Source: Candidatus Omnitrophota bacterium (lineage in GTDB: Bacteria; Hinthialibacterota; Hinthialibacteria; Hinthialibacterales; JAKPRU01). Taken from it: a stretch of DNA of 64,000 nt. Positions within the stretch are counted from its first letter, which is position 1. Each line of letters opens with the position of its first letter. The stretch covers positions 65,135 through 129,134 of the forward strand of contig JAKQSI010000093.1 of assembly GCA_029570205.1 (NCBI GenBank), read 5' to 3'. The notes beneath the pieces were generated by a model. It saw only the letters and a list, made by a program, of their open reading frames with translations. It was not told where the DNA came from and did no database searches. Below, piece after piece: positions 29,937 to 39,450 of the stretch. Both the position numbers and the translations under genes were made by a program.

Positions 29937-30365
29937 ATGTTTGGAAATTGCGATGTATGTCAGAAATACGGTCCGGTGGATAAGTACGGTTGCTGCAAGT
30001 CCTGCGCGAAGACCGAGGAAGACCTCATTGCGGTTGCGCGTGAGTTCATCCGCCGCCACAGCAAGGTGCAAATCACCGATCTGGCGGAGGCGCTGGGGAT
30101 CGATCCGGCTCGGGTCTTCAAGTGGTTGCAGCAGGGGCGCCTCCGTACTACCGCAGCAAGGCAGATTTGTCCCGATTGCGGTCAGCCTGTTCTGAACGGT
30201 CTTTTCTGCGGATGTACTCGGTACGTGGAAACCATCACCCCCAATGGAGCCGATGCGAAATCCCATGGAACTCCCCGGCGTGTTCAAGCCAAGTGGGAAG
30301 AATACTGGTTTACCAAGTCCAGGATTCATCGCCACCGCCATCGTCGAATCTGGCTGAGTACTTAG
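29937..30365 (+). CDS. YvyF-like flagellar-operon protein (zinc-ribbon, helix-turn-helix, zinc-ribbon)
   Basis: MFGNCDVCQKYGPVDKYGCCKSCAKTEEDLIAVAREFIRRHSKVQITDLAEALGIDPARVFKWLQQGRLRTTAARQICPDCGQPVLNGLFCGC. The layout of Cys cluster, HTH ending QQGRL, then CxxCG...CxC mirrors Bacillus YvyF (TIGR03826), encoded next to flgM, as I recall that sequence. The longer track ORF starts at 29865. Confidence 0.55.
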   Translation: MFGNCDVCQKYGPVDKYGCCKSCAKTEEDLIAVAREFIRRHSKVQITDLAEALGIDPARVFKWLQQGRLRTTAARQICPDCGQPVLNGLFCGCTRYVETITPNGADAKSHGTPRRVQAKWEEYWFTKSRIHRHRHRRIWLST

Positions 30366-30570
30366 GGTAGCTGCCAGGCAGAGACGCATGGCCCACTGGT
30401 GGGACAGGCCTCCGTGCCTGTCGATGGGCGAGCTTTCTCAGGAGCGAAGCGTGTACATCTCGCCGTTCGAACGCGCAAGCCTGAGATCGCCATGTCGCCG
30501 CCCTTCGCAGACTCCGGGCAGCTCCTCGCGATGACGTGATGCTCTGTAAAGGCAATTCGGTTACACAACA

Positions 30571-31695
30571 CTAGGGATTTGAGGGGATTGTCTGGGTGTT
30601 CCCGCGCAAGATATTCAAGATTTGCTCTCCGGAGCGTGCCAACAGGCTGAGCAACGCATCGGTGACTTCCGTGTCGTAGGCGGTTCCCCGGTTGTCCTTG
30701 AAGTAGGTGATGATCTGCGGTGCGGGCCAGGCCGGTTTATAGCAACGCTCCGTCGCCAGCGCATCACACACCTCCGCCACAATCAGCATCCGGCTGGGCA
30801 ACGCGATTTCATCCCCTTTCAGGCCTTGTGGATATCCTTTCCCGTCCACTCGCTCATGATGTTCATGCACGAACACGGAGACTTCCGCGAGGGACCCGAT
30901 GGGAGCCAGGATCTTGTAGCCGGTCTCCGAATGAGTCTTCATAATCTCATATTCTTCCGGGGTGAGTTTATCGGGTTTGAGCAGAATGCTGTCCGGAATC
31001 CCGATCTTTCCGATATCGTGAAGCAGCCCTGCGATCCTCAGAGATTCGTTATATTCCTTGGGCAGGGAGAGCTCGCGGGCAAGAGTCAAGACGAAGTTGG
31101 AAACCCGTGCACCATGCCCCTTCGTATATAGATCTCTGGCCTCCAAAGCCAGAGAAAGCGATTCAATGGAATGAATCAGGAATCCCTTGATTTCCCTGGT
31201 TTGTTCCTCCACCTTCTGTTCCAGATAGTTGCGATACTCAATGTTTTCCAGAACCAGTCGTCGTCGTTCCAGGGCACGGGAGGCGATCAGTTCCACAAGG
31301 TCGAGGTTGAAGGGTTTGGTGAGAAAATCATAAGCCCCGAGGCGTACGGCCGAGACCGCATCCTCCAGAGTCGGCTGGCCGGTCATGAGAATAACCGGAA
31401 TGTTCTGGTCCAAGACGATGACTTCTCTGAGGATATCGATGCCGGTCAGGCCGGGCATATAGATGTCCGTGTATACAAGATCGAAGTCGAACTGCCTGCT
31501 CTGAATGCGTTCGAGCGCTCGACGCCCGTCGGTGAATGGCTCCGTTTCGTATCCCAGCATTCGGAGGAATTCGCCCAGCATTGCGCAGATGTCGACCTCG
31601 TCGTCGATTATGGCGATGCGCGGCTTGAGATCGGGTCTGTTCGGTCGGTATAAAGTGGTTTGGATTCCTGGCGGCATACGCATATATCTGAACAA
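30571..31695 (-). CDS. response regulator with receiver (REC) domain and HD-GYP c-di-GMP phosphodiesterase output (RpfG-like)
   Basis: REC RIAIIDDEVDICAML...DLVYTDIYMPGLTGIDILREV...VILMTGQ. HD-GYP LHDIGKIGIPD...HHERVDGKGYPQGLKG. Confidence 0.88.
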   Translation of the reverse strand: MFRYMRMPPGIQTTLYRPNRPDLKPRIAIIDDEVDICAMLGEFLRMLGYETEPFTDGRRALERIQSRQFDFDLVYTDIYMPGLTGIDILREVIVLDQNIPVILMTGQPTLEDAVSAVRLGAYDFLTKPFNLDLVELIASRALERRRLVLENIEYRNYLEQKVEEQTREIKGFLIHSIESLSLALEARDLYTKGHGARVSNFVLTLARELSLPKEYNESLRIAGLLHDIGKIGIPDSILLKPDKLTPEEYEIMKTHSETGYKILAPIGSLAEVSVFVHEHHERVDGKGYPQGLKGDEIALPSRMLIVAEVCDALATERCYKPAWPAPQIITYFKDNRGTAYDTEVTDALLSLLARSGEQILNILRGNTQTIPSNP

Positions 31696-31809
31696 AGAAC
31701 TTAGCGTAGGTATTTTACTCTATGAGGTCGGTTGAATCGAGGGTGTGCCTGTCCTCGAGTGATTTGGGTGATAGACTGATAGAAATGCGACAGGCGGACT
31801 GAGTGGAAA

Positions 31810-33054
31810 ATGGAACAGGACCGATTGATTCTCCTTGTTGACGATAATTCACAGTACCGATCTGCGGTGGCTCGAAATCTCACAGTGGAGGGGTACCGTG
31901 TTTTGGAGGCGGAGGACAGCACGCAAGCTCTGGAGCAGCTTCAGCGTGAATCTCCCGTTGCGATTATTACTGACTTGGATATGCGTACCCATGATGAAGG
32001 ACTGCAATTGATCCGGCAGGTCAAGCGAAATTACCCGCATCTTCCGGTCGTGATGGTGTCGGCTGTTGGGGGATTTGATGAAGGCGCGCTGGCTCGTCAG
32101 TATGGGGCCATGTACGTTGTCAGCAAATCCAGGATCGACGCGGAAATCGAGAGGTTATACGAGCGGTTGGATCGGATTTGCCGGTATCGTGATGAGATCG
32201 ATGCACTTCGGGATCTCGTGGAAACCGCGGACAGTGGAACGGGTATGGATCGTCGGCAGCTATACGAACGGCTGGATCGTCTGTTGCAAGAGCAGGACCT
32301 GGATGCCGGGATGAAAGGGGTGGTGTTCGAGTTACGGGACCGGTTGGAGGTTTCCGAGCGCAGGGAGAGTCGTTCGGGGCGCCCGACGGTGGATCTGCAG
32401 GGCGCGCTGAACGAATTGCGCACGTTCCTGCCGGAATTGGATTCCCTCCACCCGGAAACTCAGACGATGCTGGCCATCGGGTATCATTTGGAGCAATCGG
32501 AACCGAGCGCCGGCTTGTCTGTCTCAAGGAATGCCTGTTTCTCCTATTCCTTTGCGGTTGAGAATGAGGTGAAGAACCGTGTCGGCAGGCGCATCACTCG
32601 ATTCTTGACGGGTGGGGAGGCCGAGAAGATTCTTCGGGAACTGTATGATCCCAAAATCGATAACCTGGACATCTTTTTCAACCAATACATTGTGCGAACG
32701 ATTCAGGCAAACGACCTGGATGTGAATTCGGACATCACGCGCCAAGTTCTTGAACGGATGCTTCGTCACCGGCAGAAGTACAAGCCGGATGGCTTGAAGG
32801 CGCTGGGGGTCATGTTTTTCTGCTTTGGTCGAACATTCAGTTTTCAGGGAGCCTGCGGAACCGTGACCGTGAAGAATCCCATGGGACTGAAAGGACTGGA
32901 GGACGATCAGACGATGAGGCTTTCAGGATTCCTGATTCGCCTGCAACATTTGAGAAATCCGTTTGTTCATCCGGAGTTCAGTGATCGGGAGAAAACGGTT
33001 TGCATCCGGGATACAGCTATCGAGTGTCTGCGGTTGGCATCCTATCTGGTATGA
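31810..33054 (+). CDS. response regulator: N-terminal REC domain plus an approximately 290-aa C-terminal domain of unknown function with an R-x4-H (HEPN-like) motif
   Basis: REC LILLVDDNSQYRSAV...AIITDLDMRTHDEGLQLIRQV...VVMVSAVG. The C-terminal domain has no match I recognise. RNPFVH at 32953-32970 lies 35 aa from the C-terminus. Confidence 0.75.
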   Translation: MEQDRLILLVDDNSQYRSAVARNLTVEGYRVLEAEDSTQALEQLQRESPVAIITDLDMRTHDEGLQLIRQVKRNYPHLPVVMVSAVGGFDEGALARQYGAMYVVSKSRIDAEIERLYERLDRICRYRDEIDALRDLVETADSGTGMDRRQLYERLDRLLQEQDLDAGMKGVVFELRDRLEVSERRESRSGRPTVDLQGALNELRTFLPELDSLHPETQTMLAIGYHLEQSEPSAGLSVSRNACFSYSFAVENEVKNRVGRRITRFLTGGEAEKILRELYDPKIDNLDIFFNQYIVRTIQANDLDVNSDITRQVLERMLRHRQKYKPDGLKALGVMFFCFGRTFSFQGACGTVTVKNPMGLKGLEDDQTMRLSGFLIRLQHLRNPFVHPEFSDREKTVCIRDTAIECLRLASYLV

Positions 33055-33225
33055 GCGGAACGGGCATGAAACTCGTCGTTGATCTTGTGACTTGCTTTTG
33101 CGGTTGTGAATATGCTAACGTGCGTTAGCTGGTGTCCGGTTGCATTGAAAATCCCATGAAACGTCAATGTCAGGGGCAATTCCCGGTGGAGGAGACAGAA
33201 ACGGGATAGGCGCGGAATTGCACAG

Positions 33226-33984
33226 TTGGAACTTCGACGATATCCCGGCATCTCACTCGACGCTCTTATGAAGAGTTTGGCATTTAACCTTGCTTTTAAA
33301 GTCCACCGCAATGAAATCCCATTCGCCGAGGGGATCCTGAAAGCGAATGCGGAGGGGGCGGCGGAGGATTTTCTGGACGCGCTGAATTCGCTTGCCGGCG
33401 AAGTACGCTATGATCCGGCGCAGCTTCCCGACCTTTTGGCACAGGCACAGGGTGCGGCCGGCGGATCAGCCGGGCAGCCGCTGCAAGAGCTGAAGCCGAG
33501 TGTGGATCTCTCTGCTCTATTCGAAGAACTGAACAATCTCCACAGGAAGAAACGGGATTTGGAAGAGGGAATCGCGACTCTCAAGACGATGGCGGCCCAG
33601 CGCTATCCCATGATTGTTCCGGGGGTCAATTCCGTTTTGCTTCTCATCACCTTTGGGGTATTTGTCATGATTCTTTTTGCCATGCAGCAGACAATCCTGG
33701 GACTGATTTTTATTCTGGTCGGGTTGGTCGGAGCCGGACTGTTCTATATAAAGGATATGAAAGTGTTGCAGAAACAACGTGCGGAAGCCGAGAGACGTCG
33801 GGCGAAACACGAGGCGGAAATTGCAAGATTGCAGGCCCTGCTGGAGGAAAATGAGAAACTGACGGCAACCAAAGAGGCCGAACTGAAGGCTGCCCAGCAA
33901 GCCATCGTTACCGCGCGCCAGGATGTATTCCGGTCGGTAGGCGGATCCCCCGAAGCGCCACGATTGGATATCAGAAATGAATGA
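33226..33984 (+). CDS. hypothetical membrane protein: two TM helices flanked by coiled coils
   Basis: TM1 MIVPGVNSVLLLITFGVFVMILFAM, TM2 ILGLIFILVGLVGAGLFYI, then RAEAERRRAKHEAEIARLQALLEENEKL coiled coil. Confidence 0.5.
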   Translation: MELRRYPGISLDALMKSLAFNLAFKVHRNEIPFAEGILKANAEGAAEDFLDALNSLAGEVRYDPAQLPDLLAQAQGAAGGSAGQPLQELKPSVDLSALFEELNNLHRKKRDLEEGIATLKTMAAQRYPMIVPGVNSVLLLITFGVFVMILFAMQQTILGLIFILVGLVGAGLFYIKDMKVLQKQRAEAERRRAKHEAEIARLQALLEENEKLTATKEAELKAAQQAIVTARQDVFRSVGGSPEAPRLDIRNE

Positions 33985-34192
33985 GGAAATCCCACAGGAC
34001 TCTTCAGGACGAACCGCCGTTACTCTTCAGGATATCTGCCTGAGTAACAGCTGGGCGCTGCAGGCAATTCTTGAATTTCTGGAAGAAGAGAAACCCGGTT
34101 CAAAAGACCGGATTTGGAACAAGTACCTGGAGATGAAAAGAATCTCAGAAGAGGCAGAACGCCAAATGGATGCGGATGCGGACCGGACATAA
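33977..34192 (+). CDS. small hypothetical protein (71 aa), start overlapping the previous stop (ATGA)
   Basis: ORF only. The translational-coupling geometry and acidic helical composition are the sole support. Confidence 0.3.
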   Translation: MNEEIPQDSSGRTAVTLQDICLSNSWALQAILEFLEEEKPGSKDRIWNKYLEMKRISEEAERQMDADADRT

Positions 34193-34283
34193 GGAGAAAT
34201 GCCGCGGACGATCTTTGTGGCTTTGATGACCGAGAACTTTCCAGCGATTTGTGTCGGACATGGTGTAAGGAGCAAAGGACTAT

Positions 34284-34625
34284 ATGATCAAGATCAATCA
34301 CCGAAAACAAAATGATGTCGTGATTCTGGATCTTTCCGGCACGATTGATTTGGAGGGAATTGAGACCGTGAAAGAAGCGGTCAGCCGGGAACGTCAAGCC
34401 GGCTGCAAGAAGATGATTTTGGGCATGAAAGGTGTGGACAGCATTATTTCCAGTGTGATTCAGAGATTTCAGGCCACGGTGACGGCATTTTGGGTGCCCG
34501 GCGGTCGGATTGTTCTGGTGAATCTTTCGGTTGGGAACAGGCGGATTCTCGAGAAGCAGGCATTCTTCAAAATGCTTAACACGGCAGACACCGAGGAAGA
34601 GGCATTGGAGTTGTTGGCGAAATAG
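34284..34625 (+). CDS. STAS-domain protein (anti-sigma-factor antagonist SpoIIAA-like)
   Basis: NDVVILDLSGTIDLEGIETVKEAV...KKMILGMKGVDSIISSVI is a STAS-like beta-alpha pattern, 113 aa, with an AAGGAG RBS. Confidence 0.7.
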   Translation: MIKINHRKQNDVVILDLSGTIDLEGIETVKEAVSRERQAGCKKMILGMKGVDSIISSVIQRFQATVTAFWVPGGRIVLVNLSVGNRRILEKQAFFKMLNTADTEEEALELLAK

Positions 34626-34647
34626 GTTCGGAATAGGGCGCCCGCCA

Positions 34648-35745
34648 TCAATCGGATCCGACAAAGCCGTTTCGTACCAGGTTCACAATGGCTTTCGGGA
34701 TGTCTTGCAAGGGAAGTACCTGTTCGGCTCCTCCCATTTCAATGGCCTCTTTGGGCATTCCAAACACGACACAGGTTTGTTCGTTCTGGGCGATGGTGTG
34801 TGATCCGGTTTCGCGCATCTGGGTCAAGCCACGCGCGCCATCCGCTCCCATGCCGGTCATAATCACCCCAAGCGCATTCGGTCCGATTTCCCGAGCCAGG
34901 GAGTGAAACAGGACGTCTACCGAAGGGCGATGACGCATGACCGGTTCGGATTGACTTAACACGGCGATATACCCCGTCGCGGTGGACTGTATGAGCATGT
35001 GCGAATGCCCGGGGGCAATCAGCACCTTTCCCGGTTCCAGCGGTTCGTGATCCTCCGCCTCCTTGACGGTCAGTTCGCAGAGTCCGTTGAGTCGGTTGGC
35101 GAATGCACGGGTGAATCCCTCCGGCATGTGTTGCACGACCATGATGGGCGGCAACTCCTTTGGAAGGGCTGCCAGGACATCTTTGAGCGCCTCGGTTCCC
35201 CCGGTTGATGCGCCCATGCCGATGACCAGACCTCCCGAGCGAGTTCTTGGGATCGATCCTTTGGGCAGGGGAGGAATGGTGATCCTCGGAGGGGGTGTGA
35301 ACGAGGCGGGTCTGGTCAGGAGACGTCGACGGATTTTGGCTCCCGCTACGGCCTTGATTTTCTCGATCAGGGTAGCAGCAATCGTGGGCATTCCCTCTGT
35401 GACCGAAGCGCTGGGTTTTGTCACGAAATCGACAGCCCCCAATTCCAGGGCTTTGATTGTTGCCACGGCGCCGCGTTCGGTTACCCCGCTGACCATGATT
35501 ACCGGCACGGGATATACCGAAATCAATTCCGGCAGCAATTCCAACCCGCCTTTCTGCGGCATTTCGACGTCCAGGGTCACCACATCCGGTTTGAGTAATT
35601 TCACTTTCCGAAGCGCAAAGGTTCCGTCGGAAGCGGTCCCGACCACCTCAATCATCGGATCCTGTTGCAACAGATCGGAGAGAATCTTCCGGACCAATGC
35701 AGAATCATCCACTACCAACACCCGGATTTTGTCTTTTGTTTCCAT
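34648..35745 (-). CDS. cheB: chemotaxis response regulator protein-glutamate methylesterase CheB (REC plus methylesterase)
   Basis: REC IRVLVVDDSALVRK...DVVTLDVEMP. Catalytic domain GASTGGTEAL...MVVQHMPEGFTRAFANRLN...HRPSVDVLF (Ser-His-Asp triad context). Confidence 0.93.
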   Translation of the reverse strand: METKDKIRVLVVDDSALVRKILSDLLQQDPMIEVVGTASDGTFALRKVKLLKPDVVTLDVEMPQKGGLELLPELISVYPVPVIMVSGVTERGAVATIKALELGAVDFVTKPSASVTEGMPTIAATLIEKIKAVAGAKIRRRLLTRPASFTPPPRITIPPLPKGSIPRTRSGGLVIGMGASTGGTEALKDVLAALPKELPPIMVVQHMPEGFTRAFANRLNGLCELTVKEAEDHEPLEPGKVLIAPGHSHMLIQSTATGYIAVLSQSEPVMRHRPSVDVLFHSLAREIGPNALGVIMTGMGADGARGLTQMRETGSHTIAQNEQTCVVFGMPKEAIEMGGAEQVLPLQDIPKAIVNLVRNGFVGSD

Positions 35746-35799
35746 TCTTCCCGTTTCAGTCCATTCTTTCCTGTTTTCGTATTCGTTGAGAGATATCTC

Positions 35800-36156
35800 T
35801 TATTTCAGCGCGCGGTTCACCGCTTCCAGAACCGTTTCCGTTGTGAAGGGTTTGACAACGAATTCGGAGACTCCCAGGGTGATCGCTTTTTTCAAGATAC
35901 TTTCCTGGCCGAGCGCCGTAACCATGATGATCTTTGCAGATGGATCCTCTTCCAGGATTTCCCGGGCGGCCTCGATTCCGTCCTTGACAGGCATCGTGAT
36001 ATCCAGGGTCACCAATTCCGGACGATTCCGGCGATATAAACTCACTGCCTTTTCACCGTTCTCCGCCTCTAAAACTTCGTGCTTCTCTTTTTTCAACATG
36101 TTGCGCAAGACCATTCGCATGAAATACGAGTCGTCTACTACGAGTATTCTGGCCAT
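35800..36156 (-). CDS. cheY: chemotaxis response regulator CheY
   Basis: 118 aa. ARILVVDDSYFMR...LVTLDITMPVKDG...IIMVTALG...KPF. Confidence 0.9.
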   Translation of the reverse strand: MARILVVDDSYFMRMVLRNMLKKEKHEVLEAENGEKAVSLYRRNRPELVTLDITMPVKDGIEAAREILEEDPSAKIIMVTALGQESILKKAITLGVSEFVVKPFTTETVLEAVNRALK

Positions 36157-36238
36157 ATCAATCCCGATTCTTCCCTGTTGCCTTTTATCCGGATGTCCGA
36201 CACCCGATCCGACCGTCCATCGTGAGAGACCGTGAACC

Positions 36239-36727
36239 TCATAGAAATTCGCGCTTGTTCACCTCCCGAACCAGGACTTTGCCGCTGTCGGTTTGGAAGA
36301 TTACTTTCCGCCCACGGTCGCCTCCGACATCCTCTGCGACAATCCGGATGCCGTTCGCGTGCAGGAACTCTCTGGCCACAGCGACATTCCGTTCGTTGAT
36401 CATTGCGAAAGAAATCTGTGAGAGCATGTGTGCGCCGCCGAAAATCTTGGCCGATGTTGTCCGAGTTTCCATGCCGAGTTGTTTCATCCGAACGAGCAAT
36501 TCCGGCAGCGCTGTCTTTCCGTATTTCCCGCTGTGCTTCGAGTCCACTTGCGCGGACGGAGGAGGAGCGGGAAGCACATGATGGTTCATACCGGATATTT
36601 TGTTCTTGGAGTCATACAAACACACGCTAACGCAGGAACCGAGCACCGTCGATACCTGTTCTGCTTTTGTGGTGACATAAATCTCTCCAATGCTGAGATT
36701 TTTTTGCGGAAGATTGTTTGTTGTCAT
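36239..36727 (-). CDS. cheD: chemoreceptor glutamine deamidase CheD
   Basis: TVLGSCVSVCLYDSKNKISGMNHHVLP matches the CheD active-site Cys/His region. 162 aa. Confidence 0.85.
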   Translation of the reverse strand: MTTNNLPQKNLSIGEIYVTTKAEQVSTVLGSCVSVCLYDSKNKISGMNHHVLPAPPPSAQVDSKHSGKYGKTALPELLVRMKQLGMETRTTSAKIFGGAHMLSQISFAMINERNVAVAREFLHANGIRIVAEDVGGDRGRKVIFQTDSGKVLVREVNKREFL

Positions 36728-36741
36728 CAGGTCTCTCGATA

Positions 36742-37332
36742 TTACCTCAACCGTGCCGCAAGGTTCTCCACAAGATCGGGAGAGGGCAGAAAGAGAAAAT
36801 GCATTCCGATTCCCCGTTCCTTTTCCGCCATATTCGTGTCCACCAGAATGGCCTTGTCGGCGATCAGGCTCTGTTCGGCGATCAGTCCTTCCAGAACCGC
36901 CGCGAGCATGTCATACACAAAGAACGGTTCTGTGGGACGCAGTTCCAGACCGACACGGTCTGCAAGGACGTTAAGAAAACAGCTGCCCACAACATTTGCC
37001 AGTTCGCCAAGAGCCGAGGGATCGGATAAGTTGATCACACCATCCTCGAACGGAACGCTTCCCCAGAGTATCTCATTCAGTTTTCTCGCATTCTCTTCAT
37101 ACATGAGGAAAACCATATAGCCGCTGTTGTCCCCGGTGATCCTGAGAAGGATCATCGCCATGGGAGTATCCGGCGGATAGAGAGATTCACACAGATTCTC
37201 GAAGGGGATTTGCTCGATGCGATTGACCCGGATACTCAGCGGACGACCGACCATCATTTCCATGGACCGTCCCGCGAGCTCCGCGCTTTCCGAAAAAACC
37301 GACTTGATCCGTTCGAGTACTGTTTCGTCCAT
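36742..37332 (-). CDS. cheC: CheC-family CheY-P phosphatase (CheC/CheX/FliY)
   Basis: About 196 aa. ALGELANVVGSCFLNVL resembles the CheC E-x2-N-x2/3-G phosphatase motif. It is adjacent to cheD as in Bacillus/Thermotoga. Confidence 0.65.
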   Translation of the reverse strand: MDETVLERIKSVFSESAELAGRSMEMMVGRPLSIRVNRIEQIPFENLCESLYPPDTPMAMILLRITGDNSGYMVFLMYEENARKLNEILWGSVPFEDGVINLSDPSALGELANVVGSCFLNVLADRVGLELRPTEPFFVYDMLAAVLEGLIAEQSLIADKAILVDTNMAEKERGIGMHFLFLPSPDLVENLAARLR

Positions 37333-39425
37333 TATATTCCCAACGTCTCCTGAATCAGAGCGGCTACATCGAGGATCAGGATCACACTTCCGTCCCCCAG
37401 GATCGATGCGCCCGCAATGTAGCCGGAATGCTGTTCGTGTGCGCCCAGGGACTTGATGACGATTTCCTGTTCGTTGACCATCCGGTCCACAACCAGACCG
37501 ACATGTTGATTCCCGTGTTGCACGACGGCGATATAGATTCTACTATTTGTCTCTCGACGAACGGGAGTTTCGAGCACACGATCCAATCGCAGGATGGGAA
37601 CCACCCCTTCCCGCAGGCGGATCACTTCGCCCCTGCCTTCAACCGTAAAGATCTCGTTGCTTGTGATCCGAAGCGTCTCCGTGACGTTCGCGATGGGCAA
37701 GGCAAACATTTCGGAACCGGCTTCCACCAGCAGAGCCTGGATGATTGCCAGGGTCAGGGGCAGGCGGATCGTGAAGGCGGTTCCTTTCCCCGGTTCCGTC
37801 TCAATATCGATGCTTCCCCCCAGCTCGTCGATGGTCCGTCTGACCACATCCATTCCGACTCCCCGGCCTGAAATGTCGGAGACCACCTGAGCCGTCGAGA
37901 AGCCGGGCTGAAAGATGATCTGAAGTACCTCTCGATCCGGCAGTTGGTTGATGGCTTCCTCTGTGTACAGGCCCCGTTCGACCGCTTTCTGTTTGATACG
38001 TTTCAGATCCAATCCCTTACCGTCGTCTCGGACGGTGATGGTGATGTTGTTTCCCTCATGGGATGCAGCCAGAGTCAGTTTGCCCTGGACAGGTTTTCCG
38101 GAGGCGATCCGCTCGGCCGGGGACTCAATCCCGTGATCGACCGAATTCCGGATCATGTGCGTCAGGGGATCCCCGATGACATCGATGATCTTCTTGTCAA
38201 TTTCCGTTTCTTCACCTTCCAGAACCAGGTCCACCTCCTTTTCGCGTCCGTGAGAGAGATCTCGAACAACCCGGTGGAAACGCTGGAAGACCTGGCCGAC
38301 TGGAACCATCCGGGATTCCATGATGGCTTCCTGCAGCTGGGTGATGATCATTCCCTGCTGGACCAGGCTGTCGAGCAGGAAGCCTTCCTCCCCGGTGTTG
38401 CCCCGGCGGGCGGCCAGCTGTTGACCCAGTTCCATCGCCCTTCCCCGGTTAATAACCAGTTCTCCGGCGAGATCCAACAGACGGTCCAGTTTTGCGATAT
38501 CCACACGTACGGTTTGAGTTCGGACCCTGTCTTCCCGTCGCTCAAAGGATGTCGAAGGCGATTTTTCGGCCTCGGCAGTGGGCGGCTTTACCTGAACCGG
38601 GGACACCGATTCTGGCGCTTGTTCCGTGGATTTCTTTTCGGATTCATCCGGCCATTCGAATTGTTCCGCCTGAGTGATATCCCGCGTAATAACGTTCTGG
38701 ACCTGTCCCACGGAGCACCCGTTACGAACATCCGACTCGGAGGAATCCGTTGCAAGAATAAAGGAAAATCCCTTTTCCACCACGGCGTTTTCGTCCTGTT
38801 CCACATCCGGTTCACAGACCAGGATGTCTCCCAGGGATCGCATGTTATTGCAGATCAGGAAGGCGCGGGTTGCGGCCATGGGGATATTGTCTTCGAAAAG
38901 CACATCCACTTCGTAGATTCTGTGTCCCGCAAGGCGGTATTCCTCGATTCGGTTTCGTCTCGTCTCATCCAACCGGATCCGTGGGACCTTCGCCGTCGGA
39001 GTTTCTGCAATCTCCGGCGGTCGGATCGCGGCCACACTGTGCAGGCGTGTGATGAGTTCCGTGCTCTGCTGTTTAACCCGATTCTTGTGCGCTTCGGATT
39101 CCTGATCGCCCAAGTTGGAAAGCATTTCCTTGAGCAAATCGAATGAGTCAAACAGGGTCGTGATGACATCGCCGGTGATGGGGGCCTTTTCGTCCCGCAT
39201 TTTCGCCAGGACATCCTCCATGGTGTGGGTGAATTCGCTGATGTGCATGAATCCCACCATCGCGGAGGAGGATTTCATGGTATGCGCCGCCCGAAAAATG
39301 GCCTGTAACGGTTCCGAGTTCCCCGGATTCTGCTCGAGGGCCAAAAGCGCCTCGTTCATCTGTTCCAGGTGTTCCTCAGAGTCCTGGTAGAACAGTTCGA
39401 TGTACTGATTGGGATCGAATTCCAT
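37332..39425 (-). CDS. cheA: chemotaxis histidine kinase CheA
   Basis: HPt AAHTMKSSSAMVGF. HATPase N-box DPLTHMIRNSVDHGIE, G-boxes DDGKGLD and GRGVGMDVV. C-terminal CheW-like domain. Start trimmed to MEFDPNQYIELF (GAGGTG RBS 6 nt upstream). Confidence 0.93.
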   Translation of the reverse strand: MEFDPNQYIELFYQDSEEHLEQMNEALLALEQNPGNSEPLQAIFRAAHTMKSSSAMVGFMHISEFTHTMEDVLAKMRDEKAPITGDVITTLFDSFDLLKEMLSNLGDQESEAHKNRVKQQSTELITRLHSVAAIRPPEIAETPTAKVPRIRLDETRRNRIEEYRLAGHRIYEVDVLFEDNIPMAATRAFLICNNMRSLGDILVCEPDVEQDENAVVEKGFSFILATDSSESDVRNGCSVGQVQNVITRDITQAEQFEWPDESEKKSTEQAPESVSPVQVKPPTAEAEKSPSTSFERREDRVRTQTVRVDIAKLDRLLDLAGELVINRGRAMELGQQLAARRGNTGEEGFLLDSLVQQGMIITQLQEAIMESRMVPVGQVFQRFHRVVRDLSHGREKEVDLVLEGEETEIDKKIIDVIGDPLTHMIRNSVDHGIESPAERIASGKPVQGKLTLAASHEGNNITITVRDDGKGLDLKRIKQKAVERGLYTEEAINQLPDREVLQIIFQPGFSTAQVVSDISGRGVGMDVVRRTIDELGGSIDIETEPGKGTAFTIRLPLTLAIIQALLVEAGSEMFALPIANVTETLRITSNEIFTVEGRGEVIRLREGVVPILRLDRVLETPVRRETNSRIYIAVVQHGNQHVGLVVDRMVNEQEIVIKSLGAHEQHSGYIAGASILGDGSVILILDVAALIQETLGI

Positions 39426-39450
39426 TGCGCACCTCTGATTCTCGCGAACA

